Under the pieces are notes generated by a model that searched no databases, was not told the origin of the DNA, and saw nothing but the letters and a program-made list of their open reading frames with translations. A stretch of DNA of 64,000 bases from the NCBI GenBank assembly GCA_017440465.1, contig JAFSHF010000024.1, positions 298 through 64,297 of the forward strand. The letters are read 5' to 3'. How positions within the stretch are numbered: the first letter of the stretch is position 1; each line of letters begins with the position of its first letter. Shown piece after piece: positions 17,037-27,553 of the stretch. Origin of the DNA: Clostridia bacterium (GTDB lineage: Bacteria > Bacillota > Clostridia > Oscillospirales > QAKW01). Both the position numbers and the translations under genes were made by a program.

Positions 17037-17665
17037 TAAATACCAATAGGTTTATCGGTATATAGTTCTTCTTTATATGTAATTTCATCGGTGATCCCAA
17101 GGGCAGGGACCACATAGGATAACACCTGCTCTGCAAACGCTTTGGTTCCCATCGATGTATAATAATGTACCTGATCGGAATGCGCTTCCTCAGGGAGCGC
17201 GGTGGAAACACGATACAAATCGTTTACTTCAAAACCGTATTTTTTCACCACTTCGACAGCGACTTTATTATATTCTTCGATTTCCTCGTTATAGCGCTTA
17301 AAATCCTTATCCATTTTTTCCGATTGCACCGAGGTGGAGGTTGCAAAAATCACCTTCGCTTCAGGAAAAACCTTTTTAATACGCTGGCAAAGACGGTCGA
17401 TATAATAGGCATAGACATCGATCGGCGTATGCGGTTCTTCTTCAAACAACCGCAGGCAATCCCAAAGACCTGCGTTCCAATGGATCACATCCACTTCCCC
17501 CTCTTCCACAAGCTTTTTATACCCATGGATATAGCGCAAAAGATAGGCGGCAAAACGGCAGTTTTCCGCCGGAAAATAAACATTTGCCTTTCCTTCCAAC
17601 GTTTTTTTAATCGATTTATCATACCCCATACGAATGGAGTCACCGATCAGTAAAAGATTTTTCAT
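17036..17665 (-). CDS. SGNH/GDSL-family hydrolase
   Basis: N-terminal LLIGDSIRMGY (GDS block) and a C-terminal D-x-x-H-like SDQVHY. Confidence 0.75.
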   Translation of the reverse strand: MKNLLLIGDSIRMGYDKSIKKTLEGKANVYFPAENCRFAAYLLRYIHGYKKLVEEGEVDVIHWNAGLWDCLRLFEEEPHTPIDVYAYYIDRLCQRIKKVFPEAKVIFATSTSVQSEKMDKDFKRYNEEIEEYNKVAVEVVKKYGFEVNDLYRVSTALPEEAHSDQVHYYTSMGTKAFAEQVLSYVVPALGITDEITYKEELYTDKPIGI

Positions 17666-17713
17666 CTGTTTATCCCTCCCTTTAAATTATTATAACATCG
17701 CTGAAAGTTAAAA

Positions 17714-18622
17714 TCAAATATAAGTATAATCTTTGGCAGTCAGACTCAACATTTTTATAAATTCATTTGTTAACTCCGATGTTTTTCTGTCGGTACGCAG
17801 AATATACCCTATCGTATAATAATCTTTGCTTTCAAGCGGTATACTTATTATTCTTCCCTCATTGAGCTGCGAAGGCATTATTCCTGTCCCCACAGTATAG
17901 CAATCGGTGGAAAGCAATACGTTCATCAAGGTAGCTCTATCGTTGATTGCTATGTGTTTATCGCTATGAATATCGACGATTTCTTCAGCGAAAAAGGAAA
18001 CGTTATGTTCCCCTTGTTCGTAGGTGACGTACGGATATTTTTCCAAATCCTTTAATGTGATCAACCGGTTCTTGGAAATAGGGTGGTCATTGCGGACAAA
18101 CACATGCGGAAACGCCTCTAAAAAAGAGGTGAATGATAACCCTTTTTTATTTAAATAGCGCTTCATAATACCGATATCGTTGGATCCGATCGCAATGATG
18201 CCAATATCGCAATATGCGGTTTCAACCTGATGGATCACATCATAGGTTTTCATTTCGGTCAATGAAAAATCGAAAAAGTCATCTTTGGTTTCATCAACCA
18301 GCTTTCCGAAAATATCTGCCACAAAATCATAATGTTGCGTAGCAACATATAAATGCTTGCTCAATTTTTTATCCGTATATCGATTGGCGATGAAATCACT
18401 TTGTTGCACAATATGTCTGGCATACCGCACAAATTCCGAGCCTTCTTCGGTCAAATAAACGCCGTTGCCGGAACGCTCAAAAATCCTTATATCAAATTCT
18501 TGTTCTAACTGCCGTACGCTGACAGAAAGGCTGGATTGCGCGATAAACAATTGCTTTGCCGCCTCGTTAAAAGAACCGCATTCTGCAATTTTAAGAATAT
18601 ATTTACACTGTGTTATCGTCAT
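17714..18622 (-). CDS. LysR-family transcriptional regulator
   Basis: N-terminal HTH ILKIAECGSFNEAAKQLFIAQSSLSVSVRQLEQEF. 302 aa. Confidence 0.9.
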   Translation of the reverse strand: MTITQCKYILKIAECGSFNEAAKQLFIAQSSLSVSVRQLEQEFDIRIFERSGNGVYLTEEGSEFVRYARHIVQQSDFIANRYTDKKLSKHLYVATQHYDFVADIFGKLVDETKDDFFDFSLTEMKTYDVIHQVETAYCDIGIIAIGSNDIGIMKRYLNKKGLSFTSFLEAFPHVFVRNDHPISKNRLITLKDLEKYPYVTYEQGEHNVSFFAEEIVDIHSDKHIAINDRATLMNVLLSTDCYTVGTGIMPSQLNEGRIISIPLESKDYYTIGYILRTDRKTSELTNEFIKMLSLTAKDYTYI

Positions 18623-18626
18623 ACTC

Positions 18627-19289
18627 TTACTCTCTCACCACATTATTTTTAAAATGGATCTTTGGTAATTTCCAATGGTATTTTGCCGCCAGGATCCTTA
18701 TAATTACTATTATAGGCATCGCAATAAAAAGTGCAACCAATTTATGACCGTTTATTCGAATTAAATAATAAAGCGTACCCCCAACAATAGACGCCAACGC
18801 ATAGATATGTTTCTTCAAAACATATGGCGTACGATCGACCAAAATATCGCGCATTATGCCGCCGCCAATGCCTGTAAGCACTCCCATAGAGATCGAAAAT
18901 ACCGCCATATCGCCGAAACCCGCCGCACACGCCATTTCGATACCAATCACCGAAAAGGTTGCAAGCCCCACCGCATCAAAAAAATTATTGACGCCTTCGA
19001 TACGCTTTTCTAAGGTTTCAAACTTATCGATATGGAAATAGGATACAATAAAAACAACGATCGAGGTGATGACGGCAACCATTAAAACAAAACCGTTATA
19101 AAATATATTGGGAGGAACTTTGCCTAAAAATAAATCCCTTAATATTCCTCCGCCGACCGAGGTAATGCAACCGACAAGTACCACACCAAATAAATCCAAA
19201 CTGCGTCTTACTGCAATTAATGCACCCGAGATCGCAAAAGCAATGGTACCGATCAGTTCCATTATGAAAATCACTGTCGTTTCGTTCAT
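18627..19289 (-). CDS. UPF0126 (TRIC-like / glycine-transporter family) membrane protein
   Basis: Two internal repeats, each with GGGILRD / GGGIMRD. Confidence 0.8.
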   Translation of the reverse strand: MNETTVIFIMELIGTIAFAISGALIAVRRSLDLFGVVLVGCITSVGGGILRDLFLGKVPPNIFYNGFVLMVAVITSIVVFIVSYFHIDKFETLEKRIEGVNNFFDAVGLATFSVIGIEMACAAGFGDMAVFSISMGVLTGIGGGIMRDILVDRTPYVLKKHIYALASIVGGTLYYLIRINGHKLVALFIAMPIIVIIRILAAKYHWKLPKIHFKNNVVRE

Positions 19290-19303
19290 ATTTCTAATAC
19301 GGC

Positions 19304-20485
19304 TTATAATCCCATTTCATTTTTTACTTCTTCAAAGCATTTTACAATATAGGCAATATCCTCTTCGCTTAAGGCCGCAGACATCTGCGTTCTTATTCTT
19401 GCCTTGCCGCGAGGAACGACCGGATATGAAAATGCGACCACATAAACGCCTTTATCCATCATACGTTTAGCCATTTCTACCGCTTTATGCTCATCATAAA
19501 GCATAACCGGAATGATCGGTGTACCGCCATCAATAACATCTAAGCCGATTTCTTTGATTTTTTGAGCAAACAACTTCGTATTGTTAAACAACTTTTCTCT
19601 GATAGAAGTATCGCTTTCCAACATTTCCAAAACCTTAATAGAACCTGCAGTAACGGCGGGCGCTAATGTGTTTGAGAAAAGGTATGGACGAGAGCGTTGA
19701 CGTAATAGGTCAATGATTTCTTTTTTGCCCGAGGTGAAACCACCGGATGCGCCACCAAGAGCCTTACCGAATGTGCCGGTAATAATATCCACTCTACCGC
19801 TAACACCGCAATGCTCCGGAGTGCCTCGGCCTGTATCACCCATAAAGCCAACGGCATGGCTGTCGTCCACCATAACGAGTGCATCGTATTCGTCGGCAAG
19901 GTCGCAGATTGCTTTTAAATTTGCAACAATACCGTCCATTGAAAAGACACCGTCTGTTGCAATAAGTTTGATGCGGCAGTCTTTGGCTTCTTCAAGTTTT
20001 GCACGGAGATCTTCCATATTGTTGTTTTTATAACGGAATCTTTTTGCTTTGCAAAGACGAACACCGTCAATAATACTTGCATGGTTGAGTTCATCGCTTA
20101 TTACCGCGTCTTCTTCGGTAAGCAGTGTTTCAAAAAGACCGCCGTTTGCATCAAAGCAAGAGGAATAAAGAATGGTATCTTCTGTCCCCAAAAAAGCGCT
20201 TAATTTATTTTCCAAATTCTTGTGTAATTCTTGTGTTCCGCATATAAATCTTACAGAGGAAAGACCGTAACCGTAACGATCATAGCTCTCTTTTGCAGCG
20301 TTGATAACATCGGGATTATTACCAAGACCCAAATAGTTATTCGCGCACATATTAATAACTTGTTTGCCATCCGAAAGTTTTACCTTTGCACCCTGCGGTG
20401 TGGTTATAATCTTTTCGTTTTTAGTAAGACCTTCTTTTTCGATGGTCTCACAAGTTTCTTTAAAATATTTAAGTGCAGTTTTCAT
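19304..20485 (-). CDS. kbl: Glycine C-acetyltransferase (2-amino-3-ketobutyrate CoA ligase)
   Basis: Alpha-oxoamine synthase fold with the PLP lysine in [12 protein letters not shown] 20485 is preceded by GAGGAG. Immediately downstream of tdh. Confidence 0.9.
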   Translation of the reverse strand: MKTALKYFKETCETIEKEGLTKNEKIITTPQGAKVKLSDGKQVINMCANNYLGLGNNPDVINAAKESYDRYGYGLSSVRFICGTQELHKNLENKLSAFLGTEDTILYSSCFDANGGLFETLLTEEDAVISDELNHASIIDGVRLCKAKRFRYKNNNMEDLRAKLEEAKDCRIKLIATDGVFSMDGIVANLKAICDLADEYDALVMVDDSHAVGFMGDTGRGTPEHCGVSGRVDIITGTFGKALGGASGGFTSGKKEIIDLLRQRSRPYLFSNTLAPAVTAGSIKVLEMLESDTSIREKLFNNTKLFAQKIKEIGLDVIDGGTPIIPVMLYDEHKAVEMAKRMMDKGVYVVAFSYPVVPRGKARIRTQMSAALSEEDIAYIVKCFEEVKNEMGL

Positions 20486-20496
20486 GTTGTTACTCC

Positions 20497-21531
20497 TCAA
20501 TCTAATTTTGTCCAGTCAAGAATAACCTTGCCGCATTTACCGCTGTTCATAGCTTCAAAACCTTTTTCATATTCGGTGATGTCTAATCTGTGGGTGATTA
20601 TGTTTGAAATATCAAGACCGCCTTGAAGCATTGCCGACATTTTATACCAGGTTTCGTGCATTTGTCTGCCGTAGATCCCCTTGATAACAAGACCGTTGAA
20701 TATAATCTTTGACCAATCTATTTTAGTATCACTTTTCAAAAGTCCCAATAATGCAATTCTGCCGCCGTGGATCATACAGTCGATCATAGAGTTAAAGGCA
20801 ATTTCGCTGCCCGACATTTCAAGACCTACGTCAAAGCCCTCTTTCATACCGATTTCATCCATAAAGGATTTTAAATCTGTTTTTGCTGTATTGACTGTAT
20901 ATTTAATACCAAGTGTTTTTGCAAGTTCCAATCTTTCGTCGTTAATATCTGTAATAACAACGTGTCGAGCGCCGACAAATTTGCAAACCGCCGCCGCCAT
21001 AATGCCGATCGGACCGGCACCGGTGATAAGCACATCTTCGCCTGTAAGATCAAAAGATAACGCCGTATGTACCGCATTACCAAACGGATCAAATATTGCG
21101 TACATCTCTTCGGGGATATCTTTTTCGCATCGGCGTACATTTTCTTGCGGTATAACCAAGTACTGTGCAAATGCACCGTCACGGTTTACGCCGACACCAA
21201 CGGTATCCTTACACAAATGACCGTTGCCGGCAAGACAGTTACGACATTTGCCGCAAACAATATGACCTTCACCCGATACTATATCGCCTATATTCCAATT
21301 TTTAACATTGGCACCCAGCTCGACAATTTCGCCGACATATTCGTGACCGATCACGCGCGGTGTCTCAATTGTTTTTTGGGACCATTCATCCCAATTATAA
21401 ATGTGCAGATCGGTTCCGCAGATCGCGGTTTTATGTATTTTTATTTTTACATCATTATCCGATACCTGCGGTTCCGGAACATCCTCAAACCACAAACCTT
21501 TTTGCGGAAACTTTTTAACAAGTGCTTTCAT
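20497..21531 (-). CDS. tdh: L-threonine 3-dehydrogenase
   Basis: Zn-ADH motifs [12 protein letters not shown] and [16 protein letters not shown]-terminus resembles Tdh and the gene is paired with kbl. Confidence 0.9.
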   Translation of the reverse strand: MKALVKKFPQKGLWFEDVPEPQVSDNDVKIKIHKTAICGTDLHIYNWDEWSQKTIETPRVIGHEYVGEIVELGANVKNWNIGDIVSGEGHIVCGKCRNCLAGNGHLCKDTVGVGVNRDGAFAQYLVIPQENVRRCEKDIPEEMYAIFDPFGNAVHTALSFDLTGEDVLITGAGPIGIMAAAVCKFVGARHVVITDINDERLELAKTLGIKYTVNTAKTDLKSFMDEIGMKEGFDVGLEMSGSEIAFNSMIDCMIHGGRIALLGLLKSDTKIDWSKIIFNGLVIKGIYGRQMHETWYKMSAMLQGGLDISNIITHRLDITEYEKGFEAMNSGKCGKVILDWTKLD

Positions 21532-21637
21532 CGTGTATACCCCTTTTAAATATTATTCAAATAATATTGTAACATCTCAAATTTAAAAAGGATAATATTT
21601 AAAAACTATCGATATCGTTCAAAAAGCAGTTTGATAA

Positions 21638-21671
21638 GTAAAGGCTTGACCAATCGGTCAAGCCTTTTTTT
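21638..21671. terminator. Hairpin B (right border of the AT-rich block)
   Basis: AAAGGCTTGACC-AATC-GGTCAAGCCTTT followed by TTTT. The strong T-run is on the plus strand although both neighbouring genes are on the minus strand. Confidence 0.5.
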
Positions 21672-22872
21672 ATTTGTTTTCATAGAGTTTTGCAAGGCCG
21701 CCCTCGGAGGTCTCGCGGTAGAGGTGGGAGAGATCCTTGCCGGTCTGGTACATGGTTTCCACCACCACGTCAAAAGAAACTTTTCGGCTGGCAAAGAGGA
21801 AGTTTGCCAAGCTCAGCGCATTGATCGCCCGCATCGCCGCGACGGCGTTTCGCTCGATGCAGGGAATCTGCACCAGCCCGCAGACAGGGTCGCAGGTCAG
21901 ACCTAAATGATGCTCCATCGCCACTTCGGCGGCATATTCGATCTGGTCGATCCCCATTTCAAAGAGTTCTGCCAAAGCGGCCGCCGCCATACTGCAGGCG
22001 GTACCGACCTCGGCTTGGCAACCGCATTCCGCACCGCTGATGGAGGCATTGGTGGCTACAATGTTGCCGATCAGCCCCGCCACCGCAAGGGCGCGGAGGA
22101 TATCTTCGTCGGTAAAATTATTTTTATCCTGCATATACTTCAACACTGCGGGAACAACACCGCAGGAGCCGCAGGTAGGAGCGGTAACGATGATGCCGCA
22201 ATCGGCATTTTGCTCGCTGACCGCAAAGGCATAGGAGCAAACCAGGCGGTTCTCTCTGGTTTGGGGGCTTTCATCGATATGCTTTTGGTTAAACAAAAAC
22301 TGCGCTTTGCGCTCCACCGCAAGACCGCCCGGCAGGGTGCCGCTTTTGCTCAAGCCTTCGTTGATGGCATTTTGCATCGTCTGCCAAACCTTCATCAAGT
22401 AGTCCTTGATGTCGGGATCCTCATTTTCAAACACATAGTCCGAAAGTCGGATATTTTTGGATTTGCAAATCTTAGCGATGCTTTCGAAGGTATTTTCTTG
22501 GTAAATGTTCCTCTCGTCGGTGGGGCGATTTTCATCGGTCTGAATTTCGCCGCCGCCGATGCTGTAGTAAAACTTTCTGCCCAATTCCACCTTATTTTGA
22601 TAGGCAATAAATTCAACGGTATTGGGATGAACGGGAGTTTCGGTTTCGTAGTCAAAGACAATTTCGTGGGGAATATTTGATAAGGTTTCCGAGACCGCGC
22701 GGTCGGTGCCGTGCCCCTTTCCGGTCTTGGCAAGGGAGCCAAACAGCGTGACCTTGATTTGATCCGCTTGCGGATATACCTTCAAAAAATCTTCCGCCGC
22801 AAAGGAAGGGCCCATGGTATGCGAGCTGGAGGGCCCCAGCCCGATCTTATATAAGTTTTTTATCGATTTCAT
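21670..22872 (-). CDS. sdaA: L-serine ammonia-lyase (iron-sulfur dependent, single chain)
   Basis: N-terminal GLGPSSSHTMGP and an alpha-domain Cys pattern. 400 aa. Confidence 0.85.
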   Translation of the reverse strand: MKSIKNLYKIGLGPSSSHTMGPSFAAEDFLKVYPQADQIKVTLFGSLAKTGKGHGTDRAVSETLSNIPHEIVFDYETETPVHPNTVEFIAYQNKVELGRKFYYSIGGGEIQTDENRPTDERNIYQENTFESIAKICKSKNIRLSDYVFENEDPDIKDYLMKVWQTMQNAINEGLSKSGTLPGGLAVERKAQFLFNQKHIDESPQTRENRLVCSYAFAVSEQNADCGIIVTAPTCGSCGVVPAVLKYMQDKNNFTDEDILRALAVAGLIGNIVATNASISGAECGCQAEVGTACSMAAAALAELFEMGIDQIEYAAEVAMEHHLGLTCDPVCGLVQIPCIERNAVAAMRAINALSLANFLFASRKVSFDVVVETMYQTGKDLSHLYRETSEGGLAKLYENK

Positions 22873-22888
22873 TGCTTGCCCCTCTTTA

Positions 22889-23758
22889 TTAGTTGGTTTT
22901 GACGTGTTTAAAATTACCGTAGGTTTCGTTTACAACCTCAAAATATGAAAATGTATCATCGTAGCTTGCAACGATCTTATGAAAATCATTCAATTGATGC
23001 TTATTGATGACGCAGAGCAAGACGGTTTTCTTTGCGCCGGTATAGGAGCCGACCGCTTCGATCTCGGTACAGCCGTGGTGCAGTTTATGGGTGAGCTCTT
23101 CAACAAGCTCCTCCTTATGGGCGGTGATGACGGTGAATTTATAAGCGGTCTTGGTCGTCTTCAAAAGCAGATTGCCGACAAAGGTGGAGATAAAGCAATA
23201 TAGAATACACAACGCCATCGGCTTATAATTCAGGTTGCCTTCCGAATACACAAAGATCGAGGCGATCGCCACGATCGCGTTCAAGGTAAAGGTGACAACG
23301 AAGAAATTCGTTTCCGGTCTTATTTTATTAACATAGCGGGAGACAATATCGGTCCCGCCGGTGGAGGCGTTATTTCTGAAGCATACACCGTACACAACGC
23401 CGGCAAGGACACCACTCAGAATGACCGGATAGATGGTATCGTGCCCCTGGGCGTTATATTGAATAAACGACAAATCTGAACTTTGAAGAGCCAAAAATGC
23501 AAAGGAATAGACCAGCGAAAATACCATCGTTTTGATTGCAAAATCTTTTTGAACCAAGAAATAAGCAAGGATCGATAACGGAATATTGATCAACAGCGAC
23601 ATATAGCTGATGCTGAATCCGGTTTTATATTGAATCATCGTAGCGATACCGTTTAGACCGGCAGGCGCAAAACTGTTTGTGACAATAAAAATATAATAGA
23701 CATATGCCAATAACACCGCCGCCAAAATGACGCCGCCGTATTCGATACTTTTCTTCAC
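22889..23758 (-). CDS. YitT-family membrane protein (with DUF2179-like C-terminal domain)
   Basis: Polytopic N-terminal part plus a soluble C-terminal domain of about 80 aa. 289 aa. Confidence 0.75.
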   Translation of the reverse strand: MKKSIEYGGVILAAVLLAYVYYIFIVTNSFAPAGLNGIATMIQYKTGFSISYMSLLINIPLSILAYFLVQKDFAIKTMVFSLVYSFAFLALQSSDLSFIQYNAQGHDTIYPVILSGVLAGVVYGVCFRNNASTGGTDIVSRYVNKIRPETNFFVVTFTLNAIVAIASIFVYSEGNLNYKPMALCILYCFISTFVGNLLLKTTKTAYKFTVITAHKEELVEELTHKLHHGCTEIEAVGSYTGAKKTVLLCVINKHQLNDFHKIVASYDDTFSYFEVVNETYGNFKHVKTN

Positions 23759-23836
23759 ATTGATTCCCCCTTTTTCAAGTCACCTCGATTATACCTCTTA
23801 TTTTACTAAAAATCAACCGATATTAAGAGATAAACG

Positions 23837-23865
23837 GTATATTTTTTCTCCATTTGCAGATATTA
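23837..23865 (+). promoter_or_regulatory. Candidate forespore sigma (sigma-G-like) promoter of spoVAD-spoVAE
   Basis: GTATA, a 17-nt spacer, then GATATTA. Same architecture as upstream of spoVAC. Confidence 0.3.
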
Positions 23866-23894
23866 AATGCAAACAGTTGTTTGGGAGAGAAAAA

Positions 23895-24911
23895 ATGGCG
23901 AAAAAGAGCGGGCGATATGCCTTTACATTTGAAAAAGAGATCTATGTTAGCGGCTACGGCAACATTGTCGGTAAAAAAGAGGGGCAAGGTCCTTTGGGCA
24001 ACCTTTTCGACCGCATTGAGCCGGATCTTTATTGCGGCAAAAAGACGATGGAGCAGGCCGAGCAATACCTCCAGCAGACCGCGCTGGAAAATGCGCTCCA
24101 TCGCGCGGGGATGGAGCGGGAATCTTTAGATATTTTCTGCGCGGGGGATCTATTAAATCAATGCATCAGCTCGGCATTCGGGTTTCGGGAGAGCGATGTT
24201 CCCTATATCGGGCTCTACGGTGCCTGCTCCACCATGGCACTTTCCACCCTCATCGCCGCCTTGAACATCGAAGCGGGGCTTGCCCAAAAAGCCGCCGCCT
24301 GCACCTCCTCCCATTTCGGCACCGCCGAGCGGCAATACCGCTTCCCGCTGGAATACGGCGGGCAACGCCCGCCTGCCGCCCAGCATACCGCCACCGCCTC
24401 AGGCGCGGTGGTGCTGACCACCCAAAAAAGCAACATTCGTCTGCACGGCGGTGCCTTCGGTTCCATTCAAGATTTAGGGGTGACCGACCAGAACAATATG
24501 GGCGGGGCAATGGCACCCGCCGCCTTGAAACTGATCTTGGACTATCTGCAGGAAACCCGCACCACACCGCAAGATTACGATCTTATTTTAACCGGCGATT
24601 TGGGTGCTGTCGGCGCGGCGGTGGTGGTGGAATTGGCGCAAGAACGCGGTGTAAATTTACACCAAAACTATCAAGACTGCGGACTTTTGCTCTACGATCG
24701 CCAAACGCAGGATATGCACGCGGGCGGCAGCGGATGCGGCTGCAGCGCGGCGGTGTTGACCGCCTATGTTCTGCCCAAATTGGCGCAGGGGACGCTGAAA
24801 AACGTGCTGTTTCTATCCACCGGCGCGCTACTGAGCCCCACCTCGGTACTGCAGGGAGAATCCATTCCCTCCATCGCCCATTTAATCCATCTGAAAGGAG
24901 AAGCCCGATGA
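23895..24911 (+). CDS. spoVAD: Stage V sporulation protein AD
   Basis: Thiolase-like fold (GLYGACSTMA...). The track ORF starts at 23727, but ATG 23895 (MAKKSGRYAF) follows the promoter-like region. Confidence 0.9.
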   Translation: MAKKSGRYAFTFEKEIYVSGYGNIVGKKEGQGPLGNLFDRIEPDLYCGKKTMEQAEQYLQQTALENALHRAGMERESLDIFCAGDLLNQCISSAFGFRESDVPYIGLYGACSTMALSTLIAALNIEAGLAQKAAACTSSHFGTAERQYRFPLEYGGQRPPAAQHTATASGAVVLTTQKSNIRLHGGAFGSIQDLGVTDQNNMGGAMAPAALKLILDYLQETRTTPQDYDLILTGDLGAVGAAVVVELAQERGVNLHQNYQDCGLLLYDRQTQDMHAGGSGCGCSAAVLTAYVLPKLAQGTLKNVLFLSTGALLSPTSVLQGESIPSIAHLIHLKGEAR

Positions 24912-25270
24912 ATCTTCTTCCCTATCTGCAAGCCTTTCTTGTGGGCGGTATTCTTTGCGTTATCGCCCAGATTTTAATTGATAAGACCCAATGGACGCCG
25001 GCGCGGATCGTCGTCCTTTATGTCTGCAGCGGCGTGGCGCTGACCGCCATCGGCATCTATGATAAGATCGTCGATTTCGGCAAGGCGGGCGCCACCGTCC
25101 CCTTAACCGGCTTTGGCTATTCCCTTGCCAAAGGGGTGGAGCAGGCGGTGGATACCTACGGGCTGTTGGGTGCCTTTTTAGGGGGCTTACGTGCCACCGC
25201 AGGCGGCATCGCCGCCGCCATCTTCTTTGCCATTCTCTTTGCTTGCTTTGCCAAACCCAGAGATAAATAA
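24908..25270 (+). CDS. spoVAE: Stage V sporulation protein AE
   Basis: Own reading: MNLLPYLQAFLVGGILCVIAQILID...PLTGFGYSLAKG. ATGA overlap with spoVAD. In the track it is buried in the 3' end of a longer spurious ORF (24032..25270). Confidence 0.85.
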   Translation: MNLLPYLQAFLVGGILCVIAQILIDKTQWTPARIVVLYVCSGVALTAIGIYDKIVDFGKAGATVPLTGFGYSLAKGVEQAVDTYGLLGAFLGGLRATAGGIAAAIFFAILFACFAKPRDK

Positions 25271-25304
25271 AAAATGCACCGAGTGTCGCTCGGTGCATTT
25301 TATT
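25271..25304. terminator. Bidirectional terminator
   Basis: AAAATGCACCGAG-TGTCG-CTCGGTGCATTTT. Confidence 0.7.
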
Positions 25305-25308
25305 CGTC

Positions 25309-26049
25309 TTAATAATTATTCCAATAATCTTTTTCGTAGGGTGCCATTATTGCCTCAAAGGTCGGTTGCAATTCTGCCGGAATTTCATAAAGCATATCCT
25401 CCGGACCGGGGACGATGATACGGTATTGCCCGTTCAGCACGCTGATATAGCAAAGCATTTCGCGGAAGATATGATTTTCGCTGCTGCGATAGAGGTCGAT
25501 ACTATACTCTTCATCATAGCCGTTATAGCCCAGCGAAATCGGATTGGTTTTCAATACGGTTTCTACCGCCTGCTTTTGCTCATCCGTAAAGCAGACCATA
25601 TGGTTTAAATCATCCTCAAAACTCCAATAGGTGTATACGATCTTTGGCATCTGCACCCCTTCGGTGATCTGCTTGACCAACTCATCATACCGATCGGCGC
25701 GGCAATAAAAGACCGGATAATCATTTTCAGACCAATGGATGGATTGCAGCAATACTTCATCCTTACTGCAGTTCAACGGGCTTCCGAATTGCTCTATAAG
25801 CAGGGCAGGAACATCGGGGGCGGTTACAAAAACATTCTTTTCGCTGTGATCCCAGATCTCCAGCGTGGAGCTGGTCGGCAACTTTTTGTAGGTCGCTCCG
25901 TTCCATTCCAATGCGGTTTGCTCTTTATCCGTCCAGACGGCGTGGCTTGCCTTCATTTCGTCTAAATTCGCGCAGCCGGCGCAACTCAATACCAACACGC
26001 AGAGCAGCAACGCTGCAATCAGTTTTTTCATTCTTTTCATAAGCGTCAC
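25309..26049 (-). CDS. Uncharacterised lipoprotein
   Basis: Signal peptide plus lipobox LSCAGC. Last gene of the GntR-ABC operon. Confidence 0.6.
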   Translation of the reverse strand: MTLMKRMKKLIAALLLCVLVLSCAGCANLDEMKASHAVWTDKEQTALEWNGATYKKLPTSSTLEIWDHSEKNVFVTAPDVPALLIEQFGSPLNCSKDEVLLQSIHWSENDYPVFYCRADRYDELVKQITEGVQMPKIVYTYWSFEDDLNHMVCFTDEQKQAVETVLKTNPISLGYNGYDEEYSIDLYRSSENHIFREMLCYISVLNGQYRIIVPGPEDMLYEIPAELQPTFEAIMAPYEKDYWNNY

Positions 26050-26858
26050 TCCAAATTCAGTTTATTACGAATCACCCAGCGGATGATGAAGAAATAAATT
26101 GCCGCAAACAATGCCGACCAGAACAACAGGGCACACAAAATGAGGTGCACTGAGATTTCGGGCTGAGCGTCGATAAACTCGCCGATGGCTTGGAATAAAC
26201 CGCTATCGGCAAGGAAGGTGCAGATAATGATAAAGACGGTAGCGACCACCTGAGTAATGGCATAGTAGATGAAATAGACCCCCACCGCGCCGATGACGCG
26301 ATTCTTTTTAAAGGTCTGCCCCAAGGCAATGCAGGCATAATAGAGCAGATACATCATCAGAATATAGGCGGCGACAAGCAGAACTCCCTCAACAACATAG
26401 GCAACGGTATTGCCCGCGCCGAACTCGGCGGAAAACCGCTTGATGAGATAGCCGACCGCTTTCATCACTTCAACAAAGACTTCCCCTGCGGAAAAGAGCA
26501 TAAAGGAAACAAATGCGACCAAAACGGTCCCCACCATCGAAGCCCCTGCCACTAAGGTCTTGACCATAATATGTTGGGTGGCGGTCACCGGCAGGGTGAA
26601 AGAAAGATACCCTTCACAACTGAACATATTTTTATAAAAACGAACGATGCCGAAGATCAAGGTCAGCATCAGCGATGCGATCAGCGCGATGACATAGATG
26701 ACGGTCGCCGAACCGAAGACAATGCGATACGCCTGGGTATCGGTCTCAAAAAACTGAATGATCCGCCCAAACAGCGCCACCGCCATCAGAATGATCTGCA
26801 TCGGCAACCAAAGGCGCAGGACTGCAAAAAGTTCGTGTTTAAATAATTTCTTTACCAT
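26046..26858 (-). CDS. ABC-2-like membrane component
   Basis: 270-aa polytopic protein translationally coupled to the ATPase gene. Confidence 0.6.
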   Translation of the reverse strand: MVKKLFKHELFAVLRLWLPMQIILMAVALFGRIIQFFETDTQAYRIVFGSATVIYVIALIASLMLTLIFGIVRFYKNMFSCEGYLSFTLPVTATQHIMVKTLVAGASMVGTVLVAFVSFMLFSAGEVFVEVMKAVGYLIKRFSAEFGAGNTVAYVVEGVLLVAAYILMMYLLYYACIALGQTFKKNRVIGAVGVYFIYYAITQVVATVFIIICTFLADSGLFQAIGEFIDAQPEISVHLILCALLFWSALFAAIYFFIIRWVIRNKLNLE

Positions 26859-27553
26859 CGGAACACCTCCCGGAAAAGCTCATCCACGCTCTTCCCATGC
26901 TCTTGTCGGATCTCATCCACCGATTGATCCAGCACCAATCTGCCGTTTTTGAGGAACAGCACCCGATCCAAGATCTCTTCGATATCGGAGATCAAATGGG
27001 TGGAGATCAATACAGTGGAATCGGGGTTATAATTGTTGATGATGGTGGAGATGACATAGTCCCGCGCGGCAGGATCCACCCCCGCGATGGGCTCATCCAA
27101 GACATACAGTTTGGCATTACGCGCCATCACCAAGATCAAGCAGACCTTTTCCTTATTGCCCTTGGAAAGGGTCTTCAGCCGCCGCTGGGGGCGGATATCC
27201 AGCCGCTCCAGCATCGATAATGCTAAATCGGGGCGGAAATCTTCATAAAAATCTGCAAAATAATCGACGATCTGCTGAATGGTCATCCAGGAATTGAGAT
27301 AGCTGTTATCGGGCAGATAAGCCACCAGCTTTTTACTCTCGACCCCCGGTGCATACCCATCGATCACCACTCTGCCGCCCGAAGGGGTCAGCAGGCCGTT
27401 GATGATCTTGATCAAGGTCGTCTTGCCCGAGCCGTTGGGGCCCAGCAGACCGACGATCTTGCCCGAATCCAAGGTTAAATTCAATCCGTCCAAGGCGACG
27501 GTATGGGCACCGTATTTCTTGGTCAGATTTTCGCAACGCAAAATTTCGCTCAT
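26852..27553 (-). CDS. ABC transporter ATP-binding protein
   Basis: Walker A GPNGSGKTT, signature LSKGNKEKV, Walker B LYVLDEP. ATG 27553 forms an ATGA overlap with the GntR stop. Confidence 0.9.
   Translation of the reverse strand: MSEILRCENLTKKYGAHTVALDGLNLTLDSGKIVGLLGPNGSGKTTLIKIINGLLTPSGGRVVIDGYAPGVESKKLVAYLPDNSYLNSWMTIQQIVDYFADFYEDFRPDLALSMLERLDIRPQRRLKTLSKGNKEKVCLILVMARNAKLYVLDEPIAGVDPAARDYVISTIINNYNPDSTVLISTHLISDIEEILDRVLFLKNGRLVLDQSVDEIRQEHGKSVDELFREVFRW

Noticed and set aside
24032-25270. 412-aa Arg/Gly/Pro-rich ORF overlapping spoVAD in another frame
   Set aside because: The composition is typical of an off-frame reading of GC-rich coding DNA. Only its last 120 codons are real, and they correspond to spoVAE, which starts at ATG 24908.
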